DNA of 64,000 nt from positions 69,316,001 through 69,380,000 of the forward strand of contig OX597815.1 of the NCBI GenBank assembly GCA_951406725.2, written 5' to 3'. Source of the DNA: Octopus vulgaris. Lineage: Eukaryota. Numbering within the stretch: position 1 is the first letter of the stretch; each line of letters begins with the position of its first letter. The notes beneath the pieces are model-generated. The model saw only the letters and a list, made by a program, of their open reading frames with translations. It did no database searches and had not been told where the DNA came from. Of this stretch, positions 27,128 to 42,984 are shown piece by piece. A program made the translations under genes and the position numbers.

Positions 27128-27420
27128 ACCTAGCATTCGATTGATCGAGTAACAAGAGCAGAGCAGGTCTAAGACGAAAAGTGAAGCTAAAGGAATGATC
27201 AACTAAAGCAAGACTTTTTCTCTCTGTCTCCGAAGTATTATATCACTTGGTGACATGACGAAGTGCAACAAGTTCCACTTCCTACGGGTTGCCGTTGCGC
27301 GCGCACCGGAGGTGGATCGAGAAATGGCGGCACTAGGAAATTGGTAATTAAAGACGGTACTACGAGACGACGACCATTAACACAAGACACCACAGTTCTT
27401 CCAGACGAAATTAGACCAAA
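27128..27420 (-). promoter_or_regulatory. Candidate promoter / non-coding first exon of a minus-strand host gene
   Basis: Local CpG/GC rise with YY1-like AAATGGCGGC (27322-27331), NRF1-like TGCGCGCGCA and ETS-like CACTTCCT. Minus-strand donor GT|GTAAGC at 27127. Sits at the boundary of the CpG-depleted zone. Confidence 0.4.
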
Positions 27421-30400
27421 CATGCAACAGATACGTCACATCGCAAATGGCCAGCACAAATTCTAGCAATGTTATGAAACAAATTTTAGGAGCGGAAAAT
27501 GATAAAAAAAAGTACTGCCAAACAAATTTGATATGTAAACAATGTAAGAATTATTTCAAAGTGTAATAGTTCTATAATACAGTTAACCTAAAAATGCAAG
27601 ATATATTATATGTATATATTTCTTTTACCTTTTGATGTTTCACCCGCCATTCCAGTAGCATTTTATGACTGGGAGGAAGAACGTGTGTGTATGTATGTGC
27701 GGGTGAATGTGTATGTTTGCATTTATATATTGTGTGTGTATGCGTGTGATGTGACGTGTTTGAATATATAGATTAATTATAATTAAAACATATCCGAGTA
27801 TGAGAGAGAGAGAGAACGTGTGTGTGCGTGCATGCGCGTTAGAGAGAGGGGGATAGACAGAGAGAGCGGGAGATGACATATGAGGAAAGCAAAAATGCTA
27901 AGTAATATGATCAAACCGATATGTATTACGGGGGAGTGCGCCAAGCAACAAAAACGGCAACAAAGGACAACGCGAGAGAGAAAGAGAGAGAGAGACGTAA
28001 ATACGGGGAGTGTGTGGAGCAGCAATAACAGCGAGACGTTTAATCAGTTTCTGACACCTTGGTAATACAGGAGAAGGGGAGGATCTCTCTTTCTCTCTCT
28101 GCCTTAAGCAGAGAAGAAACATTCATACCGCACAGCTTCCACTATCTCGAGATGGAAAAAGAAAGAGGCCAATATTACACGGATTGTTTGCTACATGTGT
28201 TGAGTGTATGTGTGTAAATGTCTGGTCTGATGTGTGTAGCCGGCTGCTGGCAGAGACCTAAAGAACTACACACCACTTCGACGATACTCACGGTCGTTCT
28301 CCGCCACCACCACCACCTCTTGCACACACACACTTCACGCCATCCATTAAAAAGAGTATTGAACCATTAAAAATGCAATACATCTAATACGTTACTAATA
28401 TTATATCGATATATTTTTAGATTTCACAGCTGCTACTACTACTGCTGAAGACATGCCTGCATACATACGTTACATGATGATGCAGGATAGGGAACCTAAT
28501 AATAATAATAACTAGAATAATTTAAAAAGCAGACTAGAGAGCGTAATTCTTGAAGAAAATCGAATCATTAAAACGACCTTAAATCATGATTAGTGGAAAT
28601 ATGTTGAAATAAAATATTAAATGATACTTGATCATAATAAACTTGAAGGCAATTGACGCAAGGTGGGAGGAAAAGGATTAATATTTGCACACAAATACAC
28701 GTGTTATTGGCTGAATAGTGTATTTAATGCTATTAAATCTATAAACACCGATACAACTAAGAAACTATCAACAGTGGAGGCAAAAAACAAATTCGGAAAA
28801 CCTTTAAATACAAGGGAAATTATTCATACAATGTATGAAACTTACAAAGAGGTATTGGTAAATTATTATTAGACTATTCAAAGATTAATGAGAAAATAGC
28901 TCGACATCAAGTAGTATATCCACTTAATTATCAGAAATACGCATGAAATAAATAAAAGGAATGTAGTCTGAAGTTATTTTTAAGCTTCCCCACGGGTGCA
29001 ATCGAATATATATAAATAAGACGTTAAAAATTGAAAGCTACATCATGACATGTCAACTTGTACAAAAAGTACATTTAGGCAGAGATCAGTGGATAAAAAA
29101 GACGACTCAATATCAATTGTTAATTATGAAAGCAATGTAGGCTTTAATAAAAAGAAATAAAGCACACAATGTGTATGTGTGTGTGTATATATATACACAC
29201 ATGAAAATAGATATAGGCACACACTAAAGTTTATATATATATATATACACACATTTAAAATAGGCACACATATATGTGCACACACACACAGAGGTACACA
29301 CGTGAAAAGTCCATTGTTAATTATATCATGGCTGCCATTAATTATGCAGAGGAAAAATGTACTGAAGTGAATAAAATTTTTATCGGCGAATTTAGAAACA
29401 AAAATATTCAATAACAAAAAACAAAAATTCATTATTTTTTTTAGATAACATAACGTATTGTTAAAAACGAAATAAAGAAAAAAACATTCGCCAAAACTTT
29501 TCGCTTTTTCTTCGAATCAATTTTTAAAATATAAAAAAAAAAAAAAAAAAAAACAGAAATATGTTGAAATGAAAGAATATCCAACATTTCTGCATCGTTA
29601 CTAAGAAGCTTTGCACGAAATGTAAAAGCTAGATACACAGGAAATTAAGACATAAAGTTATTTGTAGCAAGAAAAGAGGGTGGAAAATAAGAGAAAGTTA
29701 ATTTATATATAAAGAGAGAGAGAGAGAAAAGGAATGGCGGGTGGCCACATGTAGCCAAACCCGGTCGGTCTCGATAGTAGAGAGGCGGGCGAAATGATTT
29801 ATTTAAAGCTCTCCATACAAATAACATCACCTTTTTTAAGAAACAAATCTCTGAAACCACAACAAACATTTGTTTATTATTGTATCAATACAATATGAAC
29901 TAATATATCAGAGTAGTAATGCTTAGTGGAACTAACTAATGGGATAAGGGTCCCCCACCACATCATATGAAATGTCGATGGCAGGTAACAAACATGACCC
30001 GAATTGCTTTTTTTAAAACTTTTAAGTGAGGGAAGGAAAAGACGGATGGCTTTTAGAAGGAGAAAGACGAAAATGTGTCAAAGAAAAAAAAACAAAACAA
30101 AGACGAAAAAAAAAACGTTAGGAAGAGTGACACAGATAGAGAGATGGTAAAAGAATTTAGCTATATTCCACAGAATTCAACCCAAAAATAATAAAATAAG
30201 ACTTGGTAAGTAAACAGGAATTAAGTCCCAATGAAGTATATTTAGAAGAAAAAATGGTGGGAGGGATTTTCCAAGTTTAGCCAGCTATCTTTATCACTTA
30301 TTTTCTGCCTCCCTATTACTTTTATCTACTCTAGTGATAAGTCAATGAATAGATCAAATGCATTGTATCGTCATTTTGCACCCGTCTACATACACTCACA

Positions 30401-32057
30401 CACACATACACACATATATATATATATATATGGTCGCAAAAAATGTAAAGGTGACAGGTTGACTTATGTCAACTAAGCCGAAACTTCGAACTCACTGTCA
30501 ACCTCGTAAAACATGGTACTCTACTGAAAAGTACTGAGTGATCCACATACTTAATGTTCAACTCAATTTTACATAAACACAATTATATGTATATACATAC
30601 TGTATATTCCAGTGAACGGTTTGTGCAGTATTTGTAATGTCATAACTATTAGATCAGATAAAAATTACACAGATGTTTAATAGCAACAACACCAATAACG
30701 AAGCAATAACAACATTTTATAAAGAAACCAAGAAAGAAACTATACATGTGTGTGTGTATTTAAAAAATTTTATATGCGTATATATATAAATCACAAATCA
30801 CCGTTTCGACCAGCTACGGTCGGGTATGAGTCAAGTCAACCATTTTGGTACACCAGAAAGGTAGGAGGGATAGTGTGAGAGAGAGTAAAGAATAACCGAG
30901 GGTGGGGAAAGAAAGAGTAACGAATACCGTAGGAGGGGGACGGAGAGAGAAAGAAGATTACGAAAGTGAAGGAAAAGGAGAGAGAGAGAGAGACAGCTTG
31001 GAGCGTGTCTCCGTATTATGAAGACATTATTACTAGAAATGTATGTCTGTGCGTGCACGGATTAATGTTACATTAAAAGCAGGATGTAAAAGATACTGCT
31101 GACATCAAGCAAGTTTTTAAAAAGGCCAATGAAATAAAAAATCCAAGACTAATTCATTTTAACCATTTACCCATTCCCAAATAGCAAGAAATGGCTGTAG
31201 AGAATGATAGTAAGAATTTCTCAGGCATAAGAGCAGAAATTTTGACGGGATAAAAATCGACTTTATTTATTTTTTTAGGTTTGTGTCTCAGTTCTGAAAT
31301 CAAATGGAGACGAGGTGGGAAAATAAATATCAGTAATAAATACTGTGGTTATCTCATTTTGCATCAATAATTTGGTGCTTGGTACTAAAAGACCCAAGCG
31401 CCAAAATAATGGACGTGCCAGTTAATTTAATACAAGACTTTTTTTCTTTTTGTAATTTGGAGAAAATATATTGTGAATAGAGAAATGAGTATAAAAAGTA
31501 TATTAAAGTACTTTTTTTTATCAACGCTATCGGGATTTATTGTCAAAAATAGCGAAGGATTATATTTGGAAGAAATTTCGACAGTTTGTTGTCTATGACC
31601 GCCCTACAAATAAAATTTGTAGAAATGGCTGAAAGGATTGTTTGATGATTAGTGAAGCATCGCTAGGAACTACGAAGTACATATTGTGATTGAGAGATCG
31701 AGAAAGAGAAGAAAGATTAAAAGATAGAGAGTGTGAGTGAAAATGAAAGGAATCGACGAGAGAGTGACCAAGGAAGATGAGAGATACAGAAGACTGAACG
31801 AGAGAGGAGAGATAGAGTGAAAGAGATGAGAGAGGGATAAAGAGAGAGAGAAAAGTGTAAGATTATAGGTTAAACACTGCAAGAGCTAAAACACCAAATA
31901 ACTAAATCATTAGCGATCGATAGCAATAAAGATCATATGTATACACACACACACATACATCCATATAGACATATCTATTATATGTATACATATATCTGTA
32001 TATATGCGCGATTTGGTGTCAATCGATTACTAAGATTTGATGATTTCGGCGTGTAGC

Positions 32058-32088
<31 letters not shown>

Positions 32089-33880
32089 ATTCATGATTGA
32101 GTATATATTGCTATTATCGTCATTATTATAGATGAACACCCCAACACCATTAGTTTGGCAAGGATGGAGAGGATATCTAGTGTGTATTCAGAAGTAACTG
32201 AATTAAAATTCGACATTCACAATATATATGTATATGTACTTATTTATACTTATATATTAACAGTATATAATATTAATAGTAAAATAAGTTACATATAGAT
32301 TACACATGAATATTCATCTTCGGTGATCTCTCCAAAATCCAACCACAAAGAAAAGAAAATACAAAACAACTACAATAATCACAAGGATTAATATAAAAAT
32401 ACTTAAAAATTTGCTGAAAGAAGACAATCAATGAATAGTTATTATTATTTTTTTATCAATAACATTTTATAGTCTATAAATACACGGTTCAAGAGATTAC
32501 AAGTTTTCACAACATAACCAAATCGTCGGCTAAAAAATGTAAACAAATCTGTAAATTTTAAATATTTTAAAAGTTATTTTCGTGCTTTTTTTTTTTCTTG
32601 TATACATATTTTTTGATAAATATTTGCTTTAGAGAATAATCAGTAACGGGTGGATATGCAATATTCCTAGATTATATACTCAGATATATACCCTAACGAT
32701 AAGAATCATCATTATGTCACCATCATGCATGGTTAATAATCAGCCTTCCTAACAAGTACCGGATATTTTCCGTCTGTTTTTTAGAGAGAGGGTAAAAAAA
32801 AGAAACATTAAGGATGTTGTGGCCTTCCTCCAAGGCATTAGCAATGTTAATGAAGTAAAAATGATACTGTTCCAGGCGGAAATCGAAACTGTGTTACAGA
32901 GTCGATTCGCCGATATCTTCACATTAACCACCCCGCTCCGTTGCTCGTCACTCAAGAGAGTGAGAAAGAAGAGATAGAGAGGGTGAGTAAGAGAGAGAGA
33001 GAGAGACATCGTATATATAAATATATTTATATATAACACAAATAAGACAATAGTGAAATAATACATAGAAGAGATACCTTTTTTTCTTTCTGGTGTTTTT
33101 AAATAGAGTCAAGATTATTTTCATAACACAAATAAACCACCGAACAGGAGAAAAATTAAATTAATTATAATAATAATGAAAATAATAACAACGGGTGGTC
33201 CAGATATTGTTATTATTATTATTAATAATAATAATACTGGTGGTGGTATGTGTTATAATAAATGATATACAAGAATCCTTGGTTCGGGTGATTAGAAATC
33301 CATAAATACAGTTTGGGGTTTTTAAAAAAAGAAAAAATGTGAGAAGGACGAGGTCGGTCTATCACCGAACCTGTCTCAAGCTGTGAGTGAGTGGTTTGAG
33401 GGAGAGATAGAGAAGAAGTAGGAGTAGAAACTGATGCTGTCCGTAAGAGACAGAGCGAGGGGGAGGAGAGATTGAGTGCAAGGATAATACTTAGGAGTGG
33501 GGAGAAAGAGGAAGGAGAAGTTTTGTAGTAGAGGGAAGAGAGGAGAAAAAGAAAACGTATTACAGTTTAAAAGAGAGGGAAAATAGAAGAAAAAAGTTAG
33601 AGGGAGTAAAAGATATGGAGAAAGATTAAGAAAAACAGAGAGGGGAAAAGAGGATAGTGGGAGGGAAATATAAAAGAGAAAAAAGAAGATAGATAAAAAT
33701 ATAGAGGGGAGTTGAATGAGTGACAAAGGCATGTCTATATAAAAAAGAAAGGGAGAAGGGAAGAAGAAAGAAAATCAGTGTTAGGAAGAATAGAAAAGTG
33801 ACTCTAATATACATACATATATAATGCACTCACATATACATAATGTATATGCATATAATATATATTCATCTATCTATCTG

Positions 33881-33972
<92 letters not shown>

Positions 33973-34364
33973 CTTTACATATGTGTGACTGTGTATCTCT
34001 CTCACACACACAGAGTCTCTATATATATATATATATAAAATGCGTGTATGTGTGTGTGAGGGGAAGGGAAAGATAAGGATGTGAACGGGTTTGATGAAAA
34101 AGTGTTAGGAGGGAGACAAAAAGAGCGAAACGAAACAACAGGAAAGATAAAAAGAGGTGGAGTGAACTACACAGGGACAAGAAAAGAAAAGCAAAAGAAA
34201 CGGATAACAAAAAAGGCAATCGCATTGCCTCTCTCCCACTCTTTCTCTCTCTCTCGCTGTTTCTCTTTCTCTCTCTGTCATATATATATATATATATTTA
34301 TATATATGTGTGTGTGTGTGTGTATATATGTGAGTGTGTGTTTGTCTATATATGTTACTATATT

Positions 34365-34484
34365 AATAGTTCCGAGTTCAGTCCCACTGTATGGTACCTT
34401 GGGCAAGTGTCTTCTACTATAGCCTCAGGCTGATCAAAGACTTGTGAGTGGGATTTGGTAGACGGACACTGAAAGACGCCCGTC

Positions 34485-34540
<56 letters not shown>

Positions 34541-34762
34541 ATACATGTATATATTTGTGTGTCTGTCTTCGTCCCCCACAATCGCTTGACAAGCGATGTT
34601 GATGTGTTTACGTCCCTGTAACGTAGGGGTTCGGCAAAAGTAACTGATAGAATAAGTACCAGGCTTACAAAGAATAGGTCCCAGGGTCGATTTGTTCGAC
34701 TAAAGACGGTGCTCCACCATGGCGGAGGTCAAATGAGAGAAACAAGTGAAAAAAATAAAAGA
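34365..34762 (+). mobile_element. Family A SINE
   Basis: Head, internal (TA)n and tail ...caaatgagagaaacaagtgaaaa. Confidence 0.85.
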
Positions 34763-34774
34763 ATATATACATAT

Positions 34775-34940
34775 ATAGTGAGAATTTACAACAACAAAAA
34801 AAGAAGACGGACTCGGGTGTGTAAACAAAAAAGAGATGTATTAGTTAAACGCTCGGGAAGTGAGAAAGTCTTTTACGTTTCGAGCCTACGCTCTTCGACA
34901 GAAAGGAACACAGAAATAAAAAGAGAGAGAAAATAGAGTA
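34775..34940 (-). mobile_element. PLE terminal repeat with hammerhead-like motif (34870-34905)
   Basis: Minus strand reads CUUU-CUGUCGAA-GAGC-GUAG-GCUC-GAAACGUA-AAAG; same family as the 12.8-kb and 47.0-kb copies. Confidence 0.7.
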
Positions 34941-35082
34941 TACATACATATATATATATATACATATATATATATACATACATATATATATATATGTATA
35001 TATACATATATATATATATACATACATATATATGTATATATACATATATATATACATACATATATGTATATGTATATATACA

Positions 35083-35132
<50 letters not shown>

Positions 35133-35252
35133 TATTGCGGTATATATATATATGTATATATATATATATGTTTATTGACAAAACACCTAAAAGCTCCACG
35201 AGTCACATATATATATGTTTATATATACATATATATATTATATATATATTAT

Positions 35253-35301
<49 letters not shown>

Positions 35302-35367
35302 ATATATATTATATTATATATATATATAATATATTCATATATATATATGTATATATACATACATATA

Positions 35368-35400
<33 letters not shown>

Positions 35401-35534
35401 GTATATATATACATATATATATATATATATTGTGTGTGTGTGTGTATATATATACATACATATATATATGTATATATATACATACATATATATATATATG
35501 TATATATATGTGTATATATATATATATACATATA

Positions 35535-35572
<38 letters not shown>

Positions 35573-35610
35573 CATATATAAATATGTATATATATGTACA
35601 TATATATATA
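34938..35610. repeat. (TA)n/(TACA)n microsatellite field
   Basis: Directly visible. Confidence 0.95.
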
Positions 35611-35612
35611 AT

Positions 35613-36848
<1,236 letters not shown>

Positions 36849-36849
36849 T

Positions 36850-37720
<871 letters not shown>

Positions 37721-38446
37721 GATGAAATCAATTCTAAATTCATAATACCAAAATAATAATAGTCATAATAATGATGATGACTTTGACGATACCCACTTTA
37801 TGTCAGACATTACTTTCTTCAATGATATTAAGAATAATAAATAAAATACAAAATTTACCACTTTAATAAAGGGAGATAGAATAAGTACCTAGCTTAAAAA
37901 GAAAATAAGTACTCTGGGGTCGATTTGTTCAACTCAAAATCCTTCAAGGCAATGCCCCAGCATGGTCACAGTCAAATGGCTGAAACAGATTACATATATA
38001 TATATATATGTATGCATGTACGTACGTATGTATACACACACACACTCAAATATGGATATATGTATAAAAAAATATATATTTATATACATATGCATATTTG
38101 TGTGTGTGTGTGAGAACACGCACACACACATATAACGAAAAGGAACTAGCGGAACTATCTCACAGTAGCCAGCGACACGTATTTAATGAACAAAGATGGA
38201 TAATGATATAATAAATAGCATAAAATATAAATTGTGGATTTGATTGAAATTATCTCTGCTTCAAGAGAAGGTAGAACAATCGCTTGATGGCAATGGGGAC
38301 ATGTGTTTCTGTCTTAATGGTCATCATCAGCATAGCTGTTGTTTTACTTTCTCTCCATCAGACGAGACACTTAACCATAAGCGAAGAAAAGTGGAGCATA
38401 TTTATGGCAATTGAGGTAATATGCGTATACGTACATATTTACATAA

Positions 38447-38536
<90 letters not shown>

Positions 38537-39009
38537 CGAGAGAGAGAGATAAATATATATACATATATATAAATCTATATATTTCGCCCGAGGTCGACTT
38601 TGCCTTTCATCCTTTCGTGGTCGATAAATTAAGTGCCAGGGAAACACTGGGGACGAAATAATCGACTAGTCCCCTCCTGCCAAATTTAAGGCCTTGTGCC
38701 TGCAGTAGAAAGGATTATTATTATTATTATAATTATTACAGCTAGTTTCATTCCAAATTTAATTTTATTTCACGCGTGCTACGCCACAGCACTTCAGCAA
38801 ATAGACTTCTCACTATTTGCATATATGTCCCAGATGTGATTCATTTCATCTCGAGGAACCACAATAATAGCGAAATATCGATATCTGCCATTCTTGCTCT
38901 GCTCGGGGTACGTTGTCTTACCTGGTCTGGGACATTCAGTTTTCTTATATATATATATATATATATATATATTAATAAATAAAACATATGCATATATATA
39001 TACATATAT

Positions 39010-39192
39010 GTACGTACCTACCTCTACATGTATATATACACGCATATATGAATACAGAACACCAAAAAAACGTCGAACACAATGAGAAACGAAAACATAG
39101 ACACAAACCCAAGGAACTGGACATTTTTCTTAAACAACAACAAAAATAGAGTACAGGACAAATAACACAAGGAAAAAACCCCTTCTTCAGTC

Positions 39193-39200
<8 letters not shown>
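39010..39200 (-). mobile_element. Inverted copy of the PLE-like repeat found at 49450-49600 and 50280-50450
   Basis: Reverse complement ctgaagaaggggttttttccttgtgttatttgtcctgtactct...tatgttttcgtttctc aligns with ctgatgaagggaaattttccttgtattgtttgtcctgtactct. Confidence 0.65.
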
Positions 39201-39252
<52 letters not shown>

Positions 39253-39508
39253 ATAATACTCGAAATGAGGAGTGGATAGACAGCCGACAACTGATGACGA
39301 GTCATTTCTCTGTATTTACTTGTCCTGTTTTCCATTTTTTGTCTCGTTCTTTGCGTATTTAACTCGTTTATTTACGTATTTCATGTTGTTTACGCACTTG
39401 GTGACGTTCTGTACCCATATATGCATTTCATTTGCATGTACCACGTCCTCGCGTTGTTTTTTCTTGTGTTTGTTCTTCGTTTTTTTTTTTACTACATACA
39501 TACATACA

Positions 39509-39537
<29 letters not shown>

Positions 39538-39540
<3 letters not shown>

Positions 39541-39935
39541 AGTGTGGCTGGGTGGTAAGAAGCTTGCTTCCCAACCACACGGTTTCGGATTCAATCCCAC
39601 TGCGTGACAGCTTGGGCATGTGTCTTCTACTATATCCATGGGCCGACCAAAGCCTTGTGTGTGGATTTGGTAGACGGAAACTGAAAGAAGCCAGTCGTAT
39701 ATATATGTATATGTGTGTGTGTGTGTTTTTGTGTATGTGTTTGTTGCCCCATCACCGCTTGACGAATGGCACTGGTGTATTTGTCCCCGTAGCTTAGTGG
39801 TTCGGCAGAAGAGTCCAACAGAATAAGTATTAGGCTTTTAAAAATGTCCTACGGTCGACTTGTTTGACTAAAACCCTTCAGGGCAGTGTTACAACATGGC
39901 CACAGTCAAATGACTGAAACAAGTAAAAGAATAAA
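39538..39935 (+). mobile_element. Family A SINE
   Basis: Full head, microsatellite and tail. Confidence 0.88.
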
Positions 39936-40307
39936 GGAACACACAAACACACACACACACACAAACAACTTCCAGATACCAGTGCTACCAGTTGAAAGCC
40001 CCGCATATTAGAGACTAGCATGCCTATGGCGTCGTCAGGGAAGAATGCGCTCTGTTTTGGGGACCCTCCTCTTGGCGGCATTATTGTACACCGGTGCCTC
40101 TCACTGATATGAGGCCCCGCTTGCTAAATCAACTGGTTACTAGACTTCGCTCAATATTCTTCAAGCCTTTGCACATCCTCTCTTTTCAGCCAAAGTCAGT
40201 AGCTTATGCAGATACAGATTCATATATAGATATAAATATAGACAAATACGCGCACACGCACATATATATGTATGTGTGTGTGTATATATATACTTACATA
40301 CATACAT

Positions 40308-40364
<57 letters not shown>

Positions 40365-40369
<5 letters not shown>

Positions 40370-40610
40370 GTAAATATAAGAGAGTTACCGTTAAGTGGTT
40401 AACTCTAGTGCTAGAAATAGCTCCTTATTCTGGTATAGCCACCGAAGTTGTTCAGCATTAATTTATCTTTTCGTTGTATTTCGCTTTCCATACGTTGGAG
40501 GTAATGTTATTTCTTTTGTGGAAACAACTTCGGTGGATATACCAGAATAAGGAGCTATTTCTAGCACTAGAGTTAACCACTTAACGGTAACTCTCTTATA
40601 TTTACGTATA
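40365..40610. repeat. Inverted repeat, 88-bp arms (1 mismatch), 70-bp spacer
   Basis: tatacgtaaatataagagagttaccg...accgaagttgtt (40365-40452) versus aacaacttcggt...tttacgtata (40523-40610). Confidence 0.93.
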
Positions 40611-40725
40611 AATTTGTATTGTTTCCCTGTTTTTTTTATGTGCTAAGCCACTTGGTGTTAAACTGATGGTATTATTAAATTAATATCTAATTTTTCACCT
40701 TCATTTATGAATGTATATATATATA

Positions 40726-40765
<40 letters not shown>

Positions 40766-40931
40766 GTATGTATGTGTGTATGCATGCATTATGTACGTAT
40801 GTATGTATGTATGTATGTATGTATGTATGTATGTATGTATGTATGTATGTATGTATGTATGCATGTAAGTATTTACTCGCTTGCCCTTCAGAGATTTATA
40901 CCTCGCTTATATATATATATATATATATATA

Positions 40932-41318
40932 CTAGCAGTATCGCCCGGCGTTGCTCGGGTTTGTTTCGACCCGCTGGAATTAAAATTTTTGAAAAATAAA
41001 AATTTTGCATTATGTAGCTTGTTATTCTCTTCAAGTGAACATTTTTCTGGTTGAAATACACCGAAAAGTGGCGACACAGCAGTGATAAAATCGTAAAAAA
41101 TAGGGATTTTCATAGAAAAAAGCACCTTTTTTGATGTAAATAATTTTTGGTGTTAACATGGTCCGATTTGAATTTTATCTTCTACGGAAGGAAGAGCAAC
41201 CCTTCTATCATACTCTCAATTTTGGTCAACTTGTGCCGCAGGGTCTCGGAGGAGATAGTGTTAGTTGAAGGTTACCAAACCTGGCGCACACAGACAACTT
41301 CAGCTTTATATAGAGAGA
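40932..41318 (-). mobile_element. Non-autonomous Helitron
   Basis: Minus strand starts A|TCTCTCTATATAAAG and ends with the hairpin CCCGAGCAACGCCGGG followed by CTAG|T: canonical TC...hairpin-CTAG in an AT target with no TSD. Confidence 0.88.
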
Positions 41319-41491
41319 TAACACACACGCATTAATACACATACATACACACACACACACACATCTATGTATGTATGGATGTATATATGTATATATGTAC
41401 ATCTGTCCACTTCTTGCCATATTTTTATCCTTCACTTCCTACACACACACACACACACACATACACACAGACACACACACACACACACACG

Positions 41492-41530
<39 letters not shown>

Positions 41531-41845
41531 TCTTAGCTTACAATTTTCTTTCAACAATTGACACTGTCATATATGTATATGTTTGCGTGTCTATGTGTGT
41601 AAAGAGAAAGTGTGGTAATAGGCGGAGTAAAGCCTTTGAAGTGAGAGAGGGAAATCGTAAAATATTGAGTTTTTTCAAATTTTTCAAATTGAAAGAAATT
41701 TATATGCCATGACCGAATCGAATCTACTTCGAATAATCATAGGTAAATTCTAATTGAAGAAATTCTATATTGTAGAATTGTATTAAAAAGGATCATGGGA
41801 ACATGCAGAGAAAATCTGCCTTTTATCATAAGATTATAATAAGAG

Positions 41846-41883
<38 letters not shown>

Positions 41884-41916
41884 ATACATACATACATACA
41901 TACATACATACATACA

Positions 41917-41949
<33 letters not shown>

Positions 41950-42790
41950 TTGTGTGTGTGCGCGCGCGCGGCTCGTTACTCCAGTTCACTCAGCTGTAGG
42001 AATGAGTTGTGGCTTTACTGGTGCCAAGCTGTATCGGCTTTTGCCATGGGCGGACCCAGGAGGGGGTGGTGGCTGAGAGGCACGTGCTCACCTCAAGAAA
42101 TGAAGTGCGCCCTTCTAAATAATGTTATTGCGCCTTTGTCTCTTAGAATTGTATTCCCTTCTGATCTTGTGCCCTCTTTTCGAAAAATTCCTGGAACCGC
42201 GCTTGTTTGCCTTTCCCTGGAATACCATCGGTGGCATGGAGAGGGGCAGGGTGGTATGCATGAGCGACTACTGGTTTTCCATAAGCAAACTTGCCCGGAC
42301 TTACTCTTTCTATATATATGTCAGGTGGGACACCACAGGCCTGGTCATTTCTCATTTGGAGTTAGAGTTATTGCCATTCTTGACGAGGTGGAGGACTCCG
42401 TCTCGCTCGTATATTTTCTTTTCTATTGGTTTCTGTGGCTGGATACCCCGTCTCTCACTAACGCTTTCTAGAGCACAGGGAGTCTACTTTATCTTGACGG
42501 CACAACTATAGCAGTTGTTACGACCATAATATGACTAAAAGGTTCACTTGTCACCACACAGTAACCTCTGGTTCGCCCAAATACTTTACAGAGTATCTTG
42601 GGTTACAACTAATGCGGAGGTTTGTACTTCATAAAAATTAGAGTTCTCTCCACTCTTTGCTCTGTATATTCGGTGAAGACATTGTGATCTAAGGTATGAA
42701 CAGAAGGCAGAGCGATGACAGAAGAACCAGGATGAGGTGGGTGAAGTGAGCAAAAGAATCATGGTAGAAATGGCGTGTTTTATAGCGAAA

Positions 42791-42832
<42 letters not shown>

Positions 42833-42984
42833 GTAATAGGAGTGGGTATTGGTAAAAGTGATCAATGGCTGTCAAAAACAAATGGTTTGATGACGAGGGC
42901 GTCACAAATTGGTGGTTACAGAAAGGAAAATAGCAGAATGTATGGGGTGCAAGCGAGAGAATTAGTCTAGATGAGATGCTGTTA

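Noticed and set aside
42040-42510. GC-richer segment, possibly LINE ORF1 on the minus strand (VPPDIYIE)
   Set aside because: Too degenerate to assign without a database search.
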